From NCBI GenBank assembly GCA_963514005.1, contig OY740804.1, forward strand, positions 19,716,001 through 19,780,000: a stretch of DNA of 64,000 nucleotides, given 5' to 3'. The notes beneath the pieces are model-generated. The model saw only the letters and a list, made by a program, of their open reading frames with translations, searched no databases and was not told where the DNA came from. Origin of the DNA: Raja brachyura (taxonomy: Eukaryota). Positions 62,663 through 64,000 of this stretch are shown here, one piece after another. The stretch's first letter is position 1. Each line of letters begins with the position of its first letter. The position numbers were made by a program, and so were the translations under genes.

Positions 62663-63339
62663 GTAGGTCTGCACAAAGAGCAGGGTAAAGAGGTGGGAAC
62701 AGGGCAACAGTGGGCAAGCAGGAGACAGGCAGCAGAGCTCATGGAAACAGGTCCTTCGGCCCAACCTGTCCATGCCTACCATAAAGCCTAACTACACTGA
62801 TACCATTTGCCTGCATTGGGCCTGTATCCTTCTAGGGTTTCCCTATCCATGTATCTGCATCTTCTTCCACTACCTCCTCTGGCTACTCCTTCTATATACC
62901 CAATGCTGTGTGAAAAGCTTACATCTCAGATGTTCTTTACATTTATTTGCTCTACCCATAAAGCTGTTCTACTACTAAATTGTCCTGCCCAAGGAAAAAG
63001 CCTCTGGCTATCCTCTCTATGCCCCATACCCTTATAAACCTCCACAGGGTCATCTCTCATCCTCCCGTGTGCAGTGAGAATAAGCCCAACCTATTTCTAC
63101 ATGGAACTACAGTCCTCCATTGCAGGCAGCTCTTCTGCACTCTCACCACTGCCGCCACATCCTTCCTGTAGTCTGGCTCCTTAAACATTGCTATGGTGTT
63201 TACTTCCACCAATCACTGTGATGTATTACAGGCACCTACTATTCACTGTAAAAAAAGACACCTCTATAAGCTTTCCCTCTTTGACTTTAAGCTACATCGT
63301 CCACTATTTGAAATGTCAATCCTGCCAGAATTTTATTTT

Positions 63340-63580
63340 AGAGTTACTAAGCAGAAATAGGTCCTTCGGCTCACCAATTCTGCGCCGCCATCGAGCCCCG
63401 TACACTAGCACTATGTACAATTTTTACACAAGCCAATTAACCTTTAAACTTGTACGCCTTTGAAGTGTATGAGGAAACCGGAGCACCCGGAGAAAACCCA
63501 CGCAGCCATGGGGAGAACATACAAAGCACCCAGAGCCAGGATTGAACCCGGGTCTCTAACACTGCATCACCATGCTGATC
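63340..63580 (-). mobile_element. V-SINE (HE1-like)
   Basis: Reverse complement of the 34773 SINE (GGAAACCGGAGCACCCGGAGAAAACCCACGC; GGATTGAACCC B box). Confidence 0.7.
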
Positions 63581-63799
63581 CATGGTTTAGGAGGCACTTT
63601 GGTTGGCAGGGTTGGCAGGGTTGGCAGGGATGTTGGGCCAAAGGATGTTTTGTTGTTGATTTTGATATTAAAGAGAGTGGCCAGAATATTGGCAGAGAAA
63701 TGGCAGGTGTTTTATACATTCCCCTACTACTTCATCTGGCAGCATTTTCCACATATGTGTGAAAACTTTCCCCTCTGATCACCTTTAAATTTAACCAAC

Positions 63800-63990
63800 G
63801 GTTAATAAGGCAGACTTTAGATTGACTTCTTGAGAGTGAATCCATGGAAAGTAACTGGCCCGCACGGAGACCCCAGCCACACCTCAGCAACAGTGCAGAT
63901 CAGCTGGCAGAGGTATTCGCACACATCTTTAACCTCTCACTTCTACATTCGGAGGTCTCCAACTGCTCTAAGAAGACCACTATCATAGAA
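63800..63990 (+). mobile_element. Rex1/Babar-like LINE RT fragment
   Basis: ADQLAEVFAHIFNLSLLHSEV..KKTTII. Confidence 0.65.
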
Positions 63991-64000
63991 TTTAATACAG

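Overview
Repeat-rich vertebrate genomic DNA, not prokaryotic. The repeat landscape (CR1 LINEs with (TTTCTATG)n tails, HE1/V-SINE-like SINEs, Penelope remnants) suggests a cartilaginous fish, probably a skate or ray; this is an inference. Between the repeats lies a head-to-tail, + strand cluster of four spliced immunoglobulin-superfamily genes of the CD2/SLAM (CEACAM/HEPACAM-like) type, which I reconstructed by hand from GT-AG sites, all in phase 1. Gene A (2565-15087): leader, IgV, IgC2, TM, and a tail with alternative acceptors, one giving two YxxL motifs. Gene B (19955-27577): leader, IgV, IgV, GPI signal. Gene C (30033-47526): leader, IgV, GPI signal. Gene D (53315 to beyond 62662, runs off the window): leader, IgV, IgC2. 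The four V exons of A, B and C are each exactly 330 nt, lack the canonical B-F disulfide and share a W-x13-C-x9-C signature. Other content: many CR1 fragments, Penelope termini carrying minimal hammerhead ribozyme motifs, two copies of a non-autonomous hAT element, a Harbinger MITE, a nested Tc1/mariner-type element and several minisatellites. Most long ORFs in the ORF track are LINE fragments or low-complexity noise. Repeat boundaries are approximate unless a TSD or TIR is quoted.
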